The notes under the pieces: model-generated | What the model was told of the DNA's origin: nothing | The model's database searches: none | What the model saw: the letters and a program-made list of their open reading frames with translations, nothing else | Position numbers and translations under genes: made by a program | Part shown: one piece after another, positions 17,996 to 27,168 of the stretch | How positions within the stretch are numbered: position 1 is the stretch's first letter | How the letters are laid out: every line of letters begins with the position of its first letter | DNA from: Longimicrobiales bacterium | GTDB taxonomy: Bacteria > Gemmatimonadota > Gemmatimonadetes > Longimicrobiales > Gaopeijiaceae | Direction of reading: 5' to 3' | Assembly (NCBI GenBank): GCA_965248195.1 | Contig: CBDFIQ010000002.1 | Location: 2,016,001-2,080,000, forward strand | Length of the DNA: 64,000 bases

Positions 17996-19009
17996 TCACA
18001 GTGCCGGTCGTGGGGTCACTGTGACGAAGATGTTTTCATAAGTGAACGAGGAGCCGTCGCCAGCCACCCCACGGAGTACGTAATCTCCCGGCTCCTCAAA
18101 GGTCACTTCAGTGACCCACCTGCCGTCCGCAGGCGGCTCAGGAACCCTCCGTGGAGGCGACCACGGAGAGTTCGACCACACCCGTGAGTCCATCCACGTC
18201 TTCATCTGTAGCGGAGCAAAACTCACGTGCCGTGCGGGACCTCGGTAAACCATCCAGGAGAACCGCAAACCAGGTGCACCTTGAACGGTCGACCCCCCCG
18301 GAACCCGGTACAACTCTTCCAGAGTTGACGGGGGGTCGCCTCGGCCGTCCTCCCGTCGGGGGGGAAAGTTGTCGGGATCGTTGGCGAACGCGACCAGCGT
18401 CAGCGGCTCCCCTGTACTTACGCTGCGATGTTCGTCCCCTTCGACCTCGAGCTCAGGAGTAAGGTGAGTCCGAATGCGGTCGTCGAGGCTGCCGAAGTTC
18501 CCTCCCACTTCGGTGGACATCACCTGCGGGTCTATCCGGTAATCGCTCGAGAGTAATCCGTACGCGCGGTTCGTCTTCCCCTGCGTCTTCAAGGTCCACA
18601 CCCACTCCTTGTCGCCGAAATCCCCGGGCGCCCGGATCGTGAACAGGAAGGGGTTACGTCTCGGGTAGAAGTGCGCGGGCTGCCCCTGGTCGGCCATGGC
18701 GGGGTCCAAGGCCTCGAGCTCGAGGTCGTCGAGTCCCCCCGGCTCGGTGAGCGTGAAGTAGTTGTCGGGACCCACGGGAACCTCGAAATCCTGTTCCCAG
18801 TTCGAGTTCATGTACCCGAAGAACAACGTGAACGACCCGTCCTCGTTCGGCCACCACCCCTCGAACGCCGGCGACACAATCTCGCCCCGCATGGACGCGA
18901 ACCTACCTACAGCATCCTGGGCGCCTGCGGGTTGGAACAGGAAGAGAAGCCCCAACGAGGCGAGCAACAGCTGCGTCCCGCCGGACCATAGGGATCCGCC
19001 GTGCCTCAT
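17996..19009 (-). CDS. Exported hypothetical protein with C-terminal Ig/PKD-like segment
   Basis: Signal peptide ending AGA-Q; PAFEGW..NEDGSFTLFFGYMN; VTFEEPGDYVLR; 4-nt overlap with the upstream gene. Confidence 0.8.
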   Translation of the reverse strand: MRHGGSLWSGGTQLLLASLGLLFLFQPAGAQDAVGRFASMRGEIVSPAFEGWWPNEDGSFTLFFGYMNSNWEQDFEVPVGPDNYFTLTEPGGLDDLELEALDPAMADQGQPAHFYPRRNPFLFTIRAPGDFGDKEWVWTLKTQGKTNRAYGLLSSDYRIDPQVMSTEVGGNFGSLDDRIRTHLTPELEVEGDEHRSVSTGEPLTLVAFANDPDNFPPRREDGRGDPPSTLEELYRVPGGSTVQGAPGLRFSWMVYRGPARHVSFAPLQMKTWMDSRVWSNSPWSPPRRVPEPPADGRWVTEVTFEEPGDYVLRGVAGDGSSFTYENIFVTVTPRPAL

Positions 19010-20484
19010 GGCGTGCCCCCGTCCGTCGTCGCGTCCTCCATCACCTGCGGGGCCCAACACAGCGGACACCCGATGTCGTATTCGTTTCTGTCCTTCATGA
19101 TCGCACGTCGTTTGGCCATTTCGGCCTGGAACTGCTCTTCCGTGAGCCGAGCCGATTGGCCGAGGTCGATGAACATGCTGGAGACCGACCGCCGACCGCC
19201 TCCGGCCCAGTTTCTCGTGTCCGCGAGGTTGGGGTTCTCGGCCCTGGTGTCCAGGAAGCCTATCGTGTGCAGAATGGTACCCTTCGGCAGCAGCGGCGCC
19301 GCATCGTCCTCGTAGAGATACTGCTTGACCCAATTGTGATCATAGCCCACACAGTTGAGCATGAACCGGTTGATGCCCCAAATCGCCTCCAGGCACATCC
19401 GCACGCCCGGCGCGTGGAGGTGCGGCTCAAAGGCCGTGATCTTGGTGTGCTCTGTCAACACGCGATACGAATGGAATTCCTGACCGGCTTGATTCGGCCT
19501 TACGTCGATGTCGATGCCGTTGCCTCCAGACCCGCCTGAGCGGCTGTACATCGGCTCGTACCCAACTGGAAAGAACCTGTAGCCGAATTCAAGGTGCGCG
19601 GTGGTCTCCCGCCAGCCATTCGAGTGAACATGGGACGCGCGCAGAGACAACGCTGAATTCGCCTGCAGGAGCATGCCGACACCCTCGCCGAAGATATCCG
19701 CGTTGCGCCCGACTTCGTGAATGGGCCAGCCCTGCCTGGTGTCCGGGTCGATCACTGTCCCGTCTTCGTTCAGGACCCCACTCGAATACGTCATGTGGTG
19801 AAAGACATAACGTCCGCCCACCGTAGCGGCCTCGGTATCCGTGGGAAGATCGTTGATCTCTCGGACCTCGACGGACCGCACGTACCGGTCCTCCGTGAGA
19901 CCTGTCGGCACGATGCCAATATCTCCCCACCGATCGGGCCCAACGGCCGGAACGGTCAGGTCGATGGACCGCAGGATCAGATCCGGTTCCCCGAGCGCCC
20001 ACCCCACGTCGGCCGGAAAATCGAGCGGCGGCGGCATGTCGGCCGGATCGCCCTCGGGAACTCCGTTCCTCACCCATGCCTGGATCGTGGCCAGCTCTTC
20101 GTCACTGAGGGGGTTGTCGTTCTTGAAACGCTGGATCCCGATGCCCGGCTCAACGTAGAACGGGGGCATGGCGCCCATCCGGTCTCGGATGGCCGTGCGA
20201 TCCCTGATCCGCGTGGCAAAGCGCCTCACCTCCTGGTACGTGGTGAGGGCCATGGGTGCCCCGCCTGCGGCTCGGTGGCAGTTCTGGCAGCTCCGTTGAA
20301 GGATGGGGGCAATGTCCTTGGTGAACGTGACTTCTTCCGGGTTGATGCCGAAGTCCGCAGCCGCGAACAAATAGGGCTCAATGTTGGTGACGCTGCCGTC
20401 GCGTACGGGATACTGTGCGGTCAGGGCGACCGGCATCATCAGAACGGCCATAATCGCAAACGGGAACCGATGTCTGGCGTGCAT
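19006..20484 (-). CDS. Exported cytochrome c + copper type II monooxygenase (PHM-like) domain protein
   Basis: Signal peptide; [18 protein letters not shown]...MPP; HHM, HVH, PHLH, YDHNW, late Met. Confidence 0.75.
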   Translation of the reverse strand: MHARHRFPFAIMAVLMMPVALTAQYPVRDGSVTNIEPYLFAAADFGINPEEVTFTKDIAPILQRSCQNCHRAAGGAPMALTTYQEVRRFATRIRDRTAIRDRMGAMPPFYVEPGIGIQRFKNDNPLSDEELATIQAWVRNGVPEGDPADMPPPLDFPADVGWALGEPDLILRSIDLTVPAVGPDRWGDIGIVPTGLTEDRYVRSVEVREINDLPTDTEAATVGGRYVFHHMTYSSGVLNEDGTVIDPDTRQGWPIHEVGRNADIFGEGVGMLLQANSALSLRASHVHSNGWRETTAHLEFGYRFFPVGYEPMYSRSGGSGGNGIDIDVRPNQAGQEFHSYRVLTEHTKITAFEPHLHAPGVRMCLEAIWGINRFMLNCVGYDHNWVKQYLYEDDAAPLLPKGTILHTIGFLDTRAENPNLADTRNWAGGGRRSVSSMFIDLGQSARLTEEQFQAEMAKRRAIMKDRNEYDIGCPLCWAPQVMEDATTDGGTP

Positions 20485-20599
20485 CACACACTCCCTTGAG
20501 AAAGTCCAAGAACCCGACATTACCCCACGAGGAGCCAGTTGAGTGCTCGCCGCAAGGTACGCCAACTGCCACCGGGACTGCAAGCAAAAGGGCGTCCAA

Positions 20600-22327
20600 T
20601 CAGTGCCGGAACAGTCGCTGTCCCGTGAGGACCATGGCCATGCCATGCTCGTTGGCGGCCGCGATGACTTCTACGTCGCGCACCGAGCCACCGGGCTGAA
20701 CGATGGCCCGTACGCCCGCCTCGGCGGCGGCGTCCACACCGTCTCGGAACGGAAAGAACGCATCCGAGGCCAGGACCGCGCCCTTGAGCTCAAGACCGGC
20801 ATCCGCCGCCTTCTGCACCGCGATGCGTGACGCATCGACCCGGCTCATCTGGCCGGCGCCGATCCCCAGAGTTGAGCCGTCGCGCGCGAAGAGGATGGCG
20901 TTGGATTTGACGCCGAACACTGCTGCCCAGGCGAATCGGAGGTCGTCCCACTCCTTTTCGTTGGGTGCGCGGGACGTGGCCACCCCCCACTTCCCGCCGT
21001 CCAGTCCGTAAAAGGGCGGTGGCGGCGGGTCCTGAACGAGCATGCCTCCGTACACGCCCCGGACGACCCTCGCGTCCGGGCGCCGGCCGTGTTCAGCGAG
21101 AAAGCGGGCCGAGCGGCGCACTTCGTCGGAGGCGTCGGCCCATGAGCCTCCCTCGGGCTCACCGGCCACGGGTTCGTCGATTCCGCCGTACACCAGCAGC
21201 CTCACGTTCTTCTTACGGATCAGGATCTCGAGCGCGGGTTCGTCGAAACCAGGCGCCACAACACATTCGATGAACAGGCTCGACATCGCTTCGGCCGCGG
21301 CCTCGTCGATGCGACGGTTCACTGAGATCACAGAGCCGAACGCGCTCTTGCCGTCGGTGGCCAGCGCCCGTTCATATGCGGCCTCCACCGAGTCGCCAAT
21401 CGCCAATCCGCAGGGGGTCGTGTGTTTCACGATGCAGAGGGCGGCCTTCAGCGAGTACGCGAAGGGCGAAAGCGACAGAAGGGCCCCGTCCAAATCAAGC
21501 AAGTTGTTGTACGACAGATCTTTACCATGCAATTGCTCTAGTCCTGCGAGACCGTCCTCGCAACCGGACCACCTGTAAAACGCCGCGTTCTGTCCCGGGT
21601 TTTCGCCGTAGCGAAGTCCCTGAACGAGCTCGAGGTCCAGGGACAGGGTCGCGGCCGGGCGCTCGGTGTCTTCGCGCTCGGACCCGGAGTCCTGGCCTTC
21701 TGCGGTGGATTCCTCCTCCCGCGAGGCGCCGCGAGCGTTCTGCTCCTCCAAGTATGTTGCGATGGTGCGGTCGTACTCGCTGACATGGCCGAACGCCTTC
21801 GCCGCCAACTCTCGTCGCAGGTGGGCTTCGGACGACCCGTCGTCGCTGCCAGGGGTGATTTCCTCCGACACCCGGCCGTAATCCGCAGAATCTACGACCA
21901 CCCACACGTCCACATGGCTCTTGGCGGCGGCTCGGATCATCGTGGGCCCCCCGATGTCCACTTTTTCCATCGCTTCACCCACCGGGACGTCCCCACGAGC
22001 GACCGTCTCCCGGAAGGGATATAGGTTCACTGCCACCAGATCGATCGGAGCGTACCCGTGCTCTGAAAGGGCAGCCATATCCTCGGACAGGGCGCGCCGC
22101 GCCAACAGACCGGCGTGAATGGCAGGATGGAGCGTCTTGACACGCCCGTCCAACATCTCCGGATGCCCGGTCACCTGCGCCACATCGGTCACCTCGACGC
22201 CCGCCTCACGGATGGCGCGAGCCGTGCCTCCCGTGGACAGGATTTCCCAACCCGCCTCCACCAACGAATTCGCGAAGTCCTCGATGCCCGACTTGTCCGA
22301 CACACTGAGAAGCGCACGTCGCTTCAT
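20600..22327 (-). CDS. purH: Bifunctional AICAR transformylase/IMP cyclohydrolase
   Basis: [45 protein letters not shown]. Confidence 0.97.
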   Translation of the reverse strand: MKRRALLSVSDKSGIEDFANSLVEAGWEILSTGGTARAIREAGVEVTDVAQVTGHPEMLDGRVKTLHPAIHAGLLARRALSEDMAALSEHGYAPIDLVAVNLYPFRETVARGDVPVGEAMEKVDIGGPTMIRAAAKSHVDVWVVVDSADYGRVSEEITPGSDDGSSEAHLRRELAAKAFGHVSEYDRTIATYLEEQNARGASREEESTAEGQDSGSEREDTERPAATLSLDLELVQGLRYGENPGQNAAFYRWSGCEDGLAGLEQLHGKDLSYNNLLDLDGALLSLSPFAYSLKAALCIVKHTTPCGLAIGDSVEAAYERALATDGKSAFGSVISVNRRIDEAAAEAMSSLFIECVVAPGFDEPALEILIRKKNVRLLVYGGIDEPVAGEPEGGSWADASDEVRRSARFLAEHGRRPDARVVRGVYGGMLVQDPPPPPFYGLDGGKWGVATSRAPNEKEWDDLRFAWAAVFGVKSNAILFARDGSTLGIGAGQMSRVDASRIAVQKAADAGLELKGAVLASDAFFPFRDGVDAAAEAGVRAIVQPGGSVRDVEVIAAANEHGMAMVLTGQRLFRH

Positions 22328-22363
22328 ATCTGGTTCATCTCCCCTGGTCTCGAATCTCTTGGG

Positions 22364-23026
22364 TTATGGTGAGCTCTGTTTGAATCCAGAGCCCGACTCC
22401 ACGGGCGAAAGCGGGAAGGGGCCCGGATCTCGACCCGCCGCCCACGCCTCGCAGACGTGGTCCACGACGGCCGGATACAAACGGTGTTCGACACTCAGGA
22501 TCCTTGCCGCCAAAGCAGGGACGTCGTCCCCGGGAAATACGCGTACGGACCACTGCCCTACGATGGCCCCCGTATCATACTCCTCGTCCACGTAGTGGAC
22601 GGTGGCACCCGACACCTCGGTCCCGGATGCGAGCACGGCCTCGTGCACGCGCTTGCCGAACATGCCCTTGCCACCAAAAGCAGGAAGCAGGGCGGGATGG
22701 ATGTTCAGGATGCGGTGTCGAAAGGCGGACACGACGGCGGACGGGACAAGTCGCACGTACCCGGCGAGGAAAATAGCCCGCACGTCCAGACTCTCGAGCA
22801 AGGCGACAATCTCGGTGGCGACGTCCTCGGGGGGGCGTCCTCCGACTTCGATCGTGCGGGCCATGCGGCCCGCGGCCTCGGCACGCCCCAACGCCTCCGC
22901 GCCCTCCCGATCCGAGATGACGACAACGATCCGATACGGTCCGTTCGTCGTTTCGTGGTCCAGGAGCGCCTGGAGGTTCGTACCGCTGCCAGACGCAAAA
23001 ACGGCGGCGGGAACCGGAGGCGTCAC
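22364..23026 (-). CDS. purN: Phosphoribosylglycinamide formyltransferase
   Basis: ASGSGTNLQAL, LNIHPALLP, SGATVHYVDEEYDTG. Confidence 0.96.
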   Translation of the reverse strand: MTPPVPAAVFASGSGTNLQALLDHETTNGPYRIVVVISDREGAEALGRAEAAGRMARTIEVGGRPPEDVATEIVALLESLDVRAIFLAGYVRLVPSAVVSAFRHRILNIHPALLPAFGGKGMFGKRVHEAVLASGTEVSGATVHYVDEEYDTGAIVGQWSVRVFPGDDVPALAARILSVEHRLYPAVVDHVCEAWAAGRDPGPFPLSPVESGSGFKQSSP

Positions 23027-23697
23027 GCCAGCTCCCCTCCGTAGTTCGGCACCAGGAAAGGGTTGGTCGTGCGCTCGTGCTCGACGTTGGTCGCCGGTCC
23101 ATGTCCGGTGAAGAGTCGTGTCTCGCCTGGCATGGTCAGGACGTGTTCCCGAATACTCCGGAAGAGGGCTTGATAATCCCCGCCAGGAAGATCGGTCCGT
23201 CCCACCGAACCCGCAAAAACCAGGTCCCCGACGAGCGCCAGGCCATCGTCTTCGGCATGCAGAATCACATGCCCAGGCGAGTGTCCTGGCGTGTGGATGA
23301 TCTTGAACACCGACTCCCCGAACCGAAAGCTCCCACCATCCTCGAGCTCCCGCTCGGGTGGGTCCAGCGGGGAGCTGCTCAGCCCCAACATGGTGGCCTG
23401 CGCCGGAAGGTTTTCGAACATCTCCAGATCGGCCGGATGCAGATACGCGGGCGCGTCGGTGTAGTCCCGAATCACGCCCAAACCCTCGACGTGGTCGAGG
23501 TGCGCGTGGGTCAGCAGAACAGCCGTGAGCTCACCGGCTCCCGCCTTGATGGCCGCAACCATGTCGAGTGCCGCAGCACCCGGATCCACGATCACACACT
23601 GGCCGGTGGCTTCGCACCACGCGACGTAGCCGTTTTGGGCAAAGTCACCGCCCGTGAAGCATCGTACTTCCATCCCGGATCTTTCCACTTCCCTCAA
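23023..23697 (-). CDS. MBL-fold metallohydrolase (glyoxalase II/YcbL-like)
   Basis: THAHLDH, HTPGHSPG, GRTDLPGG, GHG. Confidence 0.93.
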   Translation of the reverse strand: MREVERSGMEVRCFTGGDFAQNGYVAWCEATGQCVIVDPGAAALDMVAAIKAGAGELTAVLLTHAHLDHVEGLGVIRDYTDAPAYLHPADLEMFENLPAQATMLGLSSSPLDPPERELEDGGSFRFGESVFKIIHTPGHSPGHVILHAEDDGLALVGDLVFAGSVGRTDLPGGDYQALFRSIREHVLTMPGETRLFTGHGPATNVEHERTTNPFLVPNYGGELA

Positions 23698-23711
23698 AAA
23701 CCACTTTCCTC

Positions 23712-23749
23712 AAAACAAAAAGCCCGCGGGAATTTCACCCACGAGCTTT
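23712..23749 (-). terminator. Intrinsic terminator after the A-type carrier gene
   Basis: AAAGCTCGTGGG-loop-CCCGCGGGCTTTTTGTTTT on the minus strand. Confidence 0.7.
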
Positions 23750-23773
23750 CCGTAGCAGAGCTATATGTGTGGT

Positions 23774-24118
23774 TCAGGCCGTAAAAGAGCTTCCGCACCC
23801 ACATCCACCCGTCGCATTTGGGTTTCGGAACGTGAAGCCCGCCCCCATCATGCTGGTCGTGTAATCGATCTCGACGCCCTCCAGATACTGCACGCTGAAG
23901 GGGTCGACGAAGATTCGAACCCCAGAGATTTCTAGAATCTCGTCGTCGGCTTCGGGTTCGTCCTCGATGTTGAGTCCGTACTGGAATCCGGAGCATCCGC
24001 CGGGTAGGACGGCAACCCGGAGGCCAGCACCGTCCGCGGCCCCATGCTCCTCTATAAAGCTCCCGACCTTTTCCACCGCAGTGGGCGTCAGGGTCAGGAT
24101 CGTCTCGGTGCTCTCCAT
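23774..24118 (-). CDS. A-type Fe-S carrier (IscA/ErpA/HesB family)
   Basis: GGCSGFQY and NPNATGGCGCGSSF. Confidence 0.95.
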   Translation of the reverse strand: MESTETILTLTPTAVEKVGSFIEEHGAADGAGLRVAVLPGGCSGFQYGLNIEDEPEADDEILEISGVRIFVDPFSVQYLEGVEIDYTTSMMGAGFTFRNPNATGGCGCGSSFTA

Positions 24119-24212
24119 GTCACTTCCTCCGTCGTGGGGACTCCAAGAGCCCTTTCCACTACTCAAAGCTATCCGACGCCCCTAGGGGGGTCAACGCCCC
24201 TCCTCTACTCGC

Positions 24213-24456
24213 TCAACCACCGCTCAGGATGAGGTGCGCGGCCTCGACCAAGTCGTCTACAACTACTATGCCGGGGGGCACGCGAGCGGCTTCCTCCTCT
24301 CCGTATCCAGTCCGTACGAGCACGCCGACACCCCCTAACTCGTGGGCCGGAGTCACGTCGGGAACCTTGTCTCCGACATAAGTCGGGAACCTTGTCTCCG
24401 ACATAATAGGAATCCGCCAGGCTGAGCCCGAGTTCGGCCGCGGCCTGTCGGTACAT
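24213..24456 (-). pseudogene. gmhB: GmhB-like HAD phosphatase remnant (5' half absent, frameshifted)
   Basis: MYRQAAAELGLSLADSYYVGDKVPD then, in another frame, VLVRTGYG...DDLVEAA; 25-bp duplication at 24357-24406. Confidence 0.8.
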
Positions 24457-24463
24457 TTCCCCC

Positions 24464-25864
24464 TCAGAGTTCGACGTGGCGGGAGAGCAAATCGAGAACC
24501 ACAGAGTCCTGCCACGGAAGCACCGTACGGAGGTCGACCCAGAGCGCTCCGTCTTCCACTCGCCCTACGAGGGGTACGGAAGCACCCCGTAACCGGGCCG
24601 CCAACGGGTCCGGGCCGCCCTCCTGCGATTCCACGCGGATCCCACGACTCTCGATTTCCACGTCGGGGAACGTCCCTCCTCCGACCACCGAGGACATCTC
24701 GACGGCTTCGCACGTTACACCCGCGGCCGCCAGGTTCGCGGCCAGCGTATCGGCCCGTTCCCGCAAAGCCTCAGGACTGGCCGAAAGCATGGCCAGCACC
24801 GGGATCTCCCTCAAGGCGGTCTCAGGATCACGATACAGCTGAAGAGTCGCCTCGAGTCCCGCCAAGGCCGTTTTGTCCACTCGAACCGCTCGGCACCAGG
24901 GGTCCTTCCGCATGCGATCCACCCACTCGGCCTTCCCCAACAGAATCCCAGCCTGGGGGCCGCCCAAGAGCTTATCCCCTGAGAACGCCACGATATCGGC
25001 GCCGGCGGCCAGGCTTTCGGTGGGCCGGGGTTCCGGGGGGAGACCTAAACGTTTCGGATCGACCAAGAGGCCGGAGCCCAGATCATGAACCACCGCCACT
25101 CCCAGCTCCGCGCCCAGGCCCACGAGATCTTCGAGCGGAGCCTCCTGGGTGAACCCCGTAATGCGGAAGTTCGAGCGATGCACCTTGAGGATCATGGCCG
25201 GGTCGCTCTTCTCGGCGGCGACCCGGTAGTCCTCGAGGCGGGTCCGGTTGGTGCTCCCCACCTCCACGAGCACCCCGCCCGAACTCTCCAGGATTTCCGG
25301 GATGCGAAATCCCCCACCGATCTCCACCAGCTCTCCCCGCGAGACGAGCACCGTCCGCCCGAAGGCCACCGTCCGGAGGGCGAGGACGAGGGCCGCGGCC
25401 CCGTTGTTGCTCACGAGCGCCCCACCCGCCCCGGTCAGTTCCCGGAGAAGGGCCGTGCAATGGTCGTAGCGAGAACCCCGGCTTCCCGCCTCCAGATCGT
25501 ACTCGAGGTTGGCGTACCCGCGTGCGACACTGGCCATCGCGTCGAGCGCCGAGTCCGCGAGAGGGGCACGGCCCAGGTTGGTATGCAGAACCACCCCGGT
25601 TCCGTTGATGACGGCTCGGAGTGATGGCGTGGCGGATACGCGGAGCCGCTCCTCTACTTCGCCGGCGTAGAGCTGTGGGTCTTCCACGTCCCCCGGAAGG
25701 GGTTCAGGATCAACGCCCTCGCCGAGTTCGCGGCGAACCCGGTCCAGCTCCGTCCGAAGGTGCTGGACCACTAGCCCTCTCGGGTGCGCCTCCAGAATCG
25801 CGACGAAAGCCTCGGACTCGAGCAGCCGCTCCAGTGACGGAATCAGGCGGCGAGTGTCACTCAA
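24464..25864 (-). CDS. selA: L-seryl-tRNA(Sec) selenium transferase
   Basis: VINGTGVVLHTNLGRAPL, SRGELVEIGGGFRIP, FSGDKLLGGPQAG; TTG start inferred. Confidence 0.95.
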   Translation of the reverse strand: MSDTRRLIPSLERLLESEAFVAILEAHPRGLVVQHLRTELDRVRRELGEGVDPEPLPGDVEDPQLYAGEVEERLRVSATPSLRAVINGTGVVLHTNLGRAPLADSALDAMASVARGYANLEYDLEAGSRGSRYDHCTALLRELTGAGGALVSNNGAAALVLALRTVAFGRTVLVSRGELVEIGGGFRIPEILESSGGVLVEVGSTNRTRLEDYRVAAEKSDPAMILKVHRSNFRITGFTQEAPLEDLVGLGAELGVAVVHDLGSGLLVDPKRLGLPPEPRPTESLAAGADIVAFSGDKLLGGPQAGILLGKAEWVDRMRKDPWCRAVRVDKTALAGLEATLQLYRDPETALREIPVLAMLSASPEALRERADTLAANLAAAGVTCEAVEMSSVVGGGTFPDVEIESRGIRVESQEGGPDPLAARLRGASVPLVGRVEDGALWVDLRTVLPWQDSVVLDLLSRHVEL

Positions 25865-27123
25865 GCGGTGACGCCTCGCGAAGCACTTCGGCCGTGCCAC
25901 CTCCATCCGGGACGCCATTGATGTTGGTCACACCCGCGACGGACAACTCATACGGTTGATCCGCGGCAAGCGTGTCTGCCAGCATGAGGTAGAGCACCCT
26001 CTTCGGTAGATCGCGGGTCTGTAACACCCTTGCGTCACTCCGGGCCGGGGGTCGCGGACGAGTCAACTCGGATTCGATCTCGGCCGCGGTTGCGGAATCG
26101 CCAGCGCTCCGGAGCAACTCGATCCGTTGCTGTTCCTCTTCGAATCGAATCGAGTCGGCGACGTGCAAAGAATCCTGAATCGCATCCATTCGACCCAGGT
26201 AGTCTCGCTCATGCATGATCGTGATCACTCCAGGCGGGGCGAGGGAATCGGGTCCCAAGGACACCGACACTCCGGTAAGCTCCGAGCCGGAGTCGAGGAA
26301 ATCATCGAACTCAACAGCCAGCGTAAGAGAGTCGACAACCTCTACACTCCCGACCATGGCGGGTGTCGTGTCCGGAGCAAGCAGCGAAAAATTCAGGAAC
26401 AGAGTATCGGCTGGATTCAACTCCTCGCGACCCGTCCCGATCGGCTCGAGATCGTCGGGCTCCCCGTTGCGGTTCTGGTCCATGAACGCGGTGATCTCAT
26501 ATCGACCGGACGGGACATACCGGAACGCGTAGACGCCACTCGAATCGGTGATGGCGACGTGGGTCGGCACTACCTGGTCGTCGGATTCCTCCCCCCCGGG
26601 GGGGCGCTCGACGCGAGCCGCGACCCGTGCGCCCTCCGCCCGCTCCCCAGTGATCCGGTCGACGATGGAGCCCGCGAGCACGGTGGGCGTCATCTCGGCA
26701 CCAGTCGAGAAGATGAACTCGAACGCGTCGGCCATCTCGTTGCTAAAGAGGTCCTGCACAACGGGCTGCACCGTCACGCGGTAGACCTCGTCGGGCCGGA
26801 ACCCCCCCGCCATCGTCACCCGCAACGCCCGACCGGAATGGCGAACGCTCACCTCCCCGGACTCCGGAGAAATGATCACCGCGCCGTCCAGCGTGCCCTG
26901 CACCCCGCGCTCGCTGATCCGTTCGTCGAAGACGATCCGGATCTCGTCGTCGAAGGCGGCGAGGACCGCGAAGGTGTCGGGAAACGTCTCCACCACTTGC
27001 GGACCGGTGAGATCCCGAGGGCCGCCCGTGGGCGCACCCTGATTGGCGCACGAGCAAATCGAGAAAAGTCCGATCATCCCCCATGCACTCCGGGCAATCC
27101 GTGTCGGACGGAATCCACTCATG
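25857..27123 (-). CDS. Lipoprotein with Big_5 (Ig-like) and carboxypeptidase-regulatory-like domains; start uncertain
   Basis: SCANQGAPTGGPRD lipobox, IVFDERI, TDSSGVYAF...GRY...DQNRN. Confidence 0.8.
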
Positions 27124-27168
27124 ACCCGGAGTCCTGTGCGCGACCCGCTGTACTCCTCCAACAGCCTT

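Noticed and set aside
19010..19333. N-terminal extension of ORF 17996-19333; similar extensions on lysA, trxA, proS, hisS and 30000-31061
   Set aside because: They overlap neighbouring genes or lack an RBS; downstream starts fit the family boundaries.
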